64,000 bases of DNA from Cyanophora paradoxa CCMP329. Its lineage: Eukaryota; Plantae; Glaucophyta. The notes under the pieces are model-generated. The model ran no database searches, was not told the DNA's origin, and was given only the letters and a program-made list of their open reading frames with translations. The stretch spans positions 70,590 through 134,589 of the forward strand of contig QPMI01000491.1 of NCBI GenBank assembly GCA_004431415.1, read 5' to 3'. Positions 63,001-64,000 of this stretch are shown in pieces. The translations under genes were made by a program, and so were the position numbers. The first letter of the stretch is position 1, and every line of letters begins with the position of its first letter.

Positions 63001-63425
63001 TCCCCTCGGGGTCCAGGCGAGCCACGTTCAGGTTCAGCTTGAAGGAGGGTGCCGCAGGTTCCCCGGCTTGCCCACCGCTGCGGCGCCGGGGCCCCGCCCC
63101 GGCGCCGGCGCCGGCCCCAGCGGGGACGCGTTGAGGGGCGCCGGGCCCGGGCGTACGCAGAGGGCCCGGGCCGGAGGCGCGGTTGCCCCGCCGGGGCGCC
63201 GCGCTCGCTGCCGCCCTCCTCCTCGTCCGAGGACGGCCGCTGCGAGTCGATGACGATGCGCAGCCGCTTGCCCGAGGCCGAAAGCAGCCCCGGCAGTCCT
63301 CTGCCGAGGGCGGCCCGCTCCGCACCACTTCCACCGCAGCGCCCGCGCCGCTCGCCCTCGAGCCGGCTGCAGCTGGCTCGGCGCCTCGCCCGCCGCCGTT
63401 GCGGGCGCGGGAAGAGGGCCGCCAT
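57057..63425 (-). CDS. Membrane-bound class III adenylate cyclase of bacterial type (TM, extracellular Cache-like sensor, TM, cyclase, TPR-like tail)
   Basis: [104 protein letters not shown]. Sensor motifs PWFRE, WSQIY, GLVAVDI. The start is approximate. Confidence 0.88.
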
Positions 63426-64000
63426 GTGAGCCTACTCAGCCGCGCGAAATTGGCGCCAGCAGCTGCGGGCTGCCGCGGGCGTCAGTGGAGGCCGCCCGCA
63501 CGGCGCCCGCGCCGCAGCTTTGTCCGCACACCTCCTGAGCGTGAAAGAGGCCGCGCTGCAGGTGCTATCATCTGCAGCGCGCGGTAAGTTTATACGTTGC
63601 AATTGTGTCATATGCTCGCTCGCGCGCGCGGCGCGCCTGCTGAGGCTCGGTGCGCAGACCGAGACGAAGGCCGGGATACGAATGTCACTCCCGGCGAAGA
63701 GCCCGCACGCGCGCCCCGTCGGACAAGGACTGAGCTTAGCCGGTACCGGTTGAGCTGCGGGCTGCGGCTTTGGAGCTGCGCAGCACGATTCCGGCGCCGA
63801 CAGGGGCAAGACGTGCAGCGCGATCGGCGTCGCGGAGACTGCAGCTAGCTCGCGCGCGCTTCACCCGGCGGCCGCGGCACCTGCGGTCCAGGCTGCGGAG
63901 CGTGCGACGGGACGTCGCGATCGGAGCTGGCCTCGTCCCCGGGTACACCGACGCGCCCGAGTTCAAATTGCCGAGCTGGATCCGGATTGACCCGAATTCA

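Noticed and set aside
63430-64000. Short ORFs at the window end
   Set aside because: No recognisable product. Probably promoter/UTR or part of a gene extending beyond the window.

Overview
Gene-dense eukaryotic nuclear DNA, mostly very GC-rich and full of short introns (about 50-250 nt). The supplied ORF track is therefore mostly fragments or antisense artefacts, and I rebuilt the genes by splicing exons by hand. Two genes begin with an MAF...RFFG-type presequence, which suggests a glaucophyte alga such as Cyanophora (inference). Genes from left to right: a partial giant LamG-like/FN3-like single-pass surface protein (+); a long tail-anchored coiled-coil protein (-); a DEK-C plus 2xSWIB protein (+); a giant multi-CUB single-pass membrane protein (-); a 278-bp MITE in a palindrome-rich spacer; an EF-hand/coiled-coil protein (-); a TylF/MycF O-methyltransferase (-); a WGR plus PARP-regulatory-domain protein with no catalytic domain and a probable plastid transit peptide (+); plastid-targeted NusG (-); DUS2 (+); selenoprotein K with an in-frame UGA and a 3'UTR SECIS (-), which the ORF track misses; a small hypothetical protein (+); a CCCH-PUF protein (+); a PARP16-like ADP-ribosyltransferase (-); mitochondrial-type Era GTPase (+); and a bacterial-type class III adenylate cyclase (-). 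Main highlights: the selenocysteine recoding unit with a non-canonical UUGA SECIS, the catalytically dead PARP-like protein apparently bound for the plastid, unusually frequent GC-AG introns with a strand-oriented GTACCCC intron motif, and divergent start codons only 53 bp apart.
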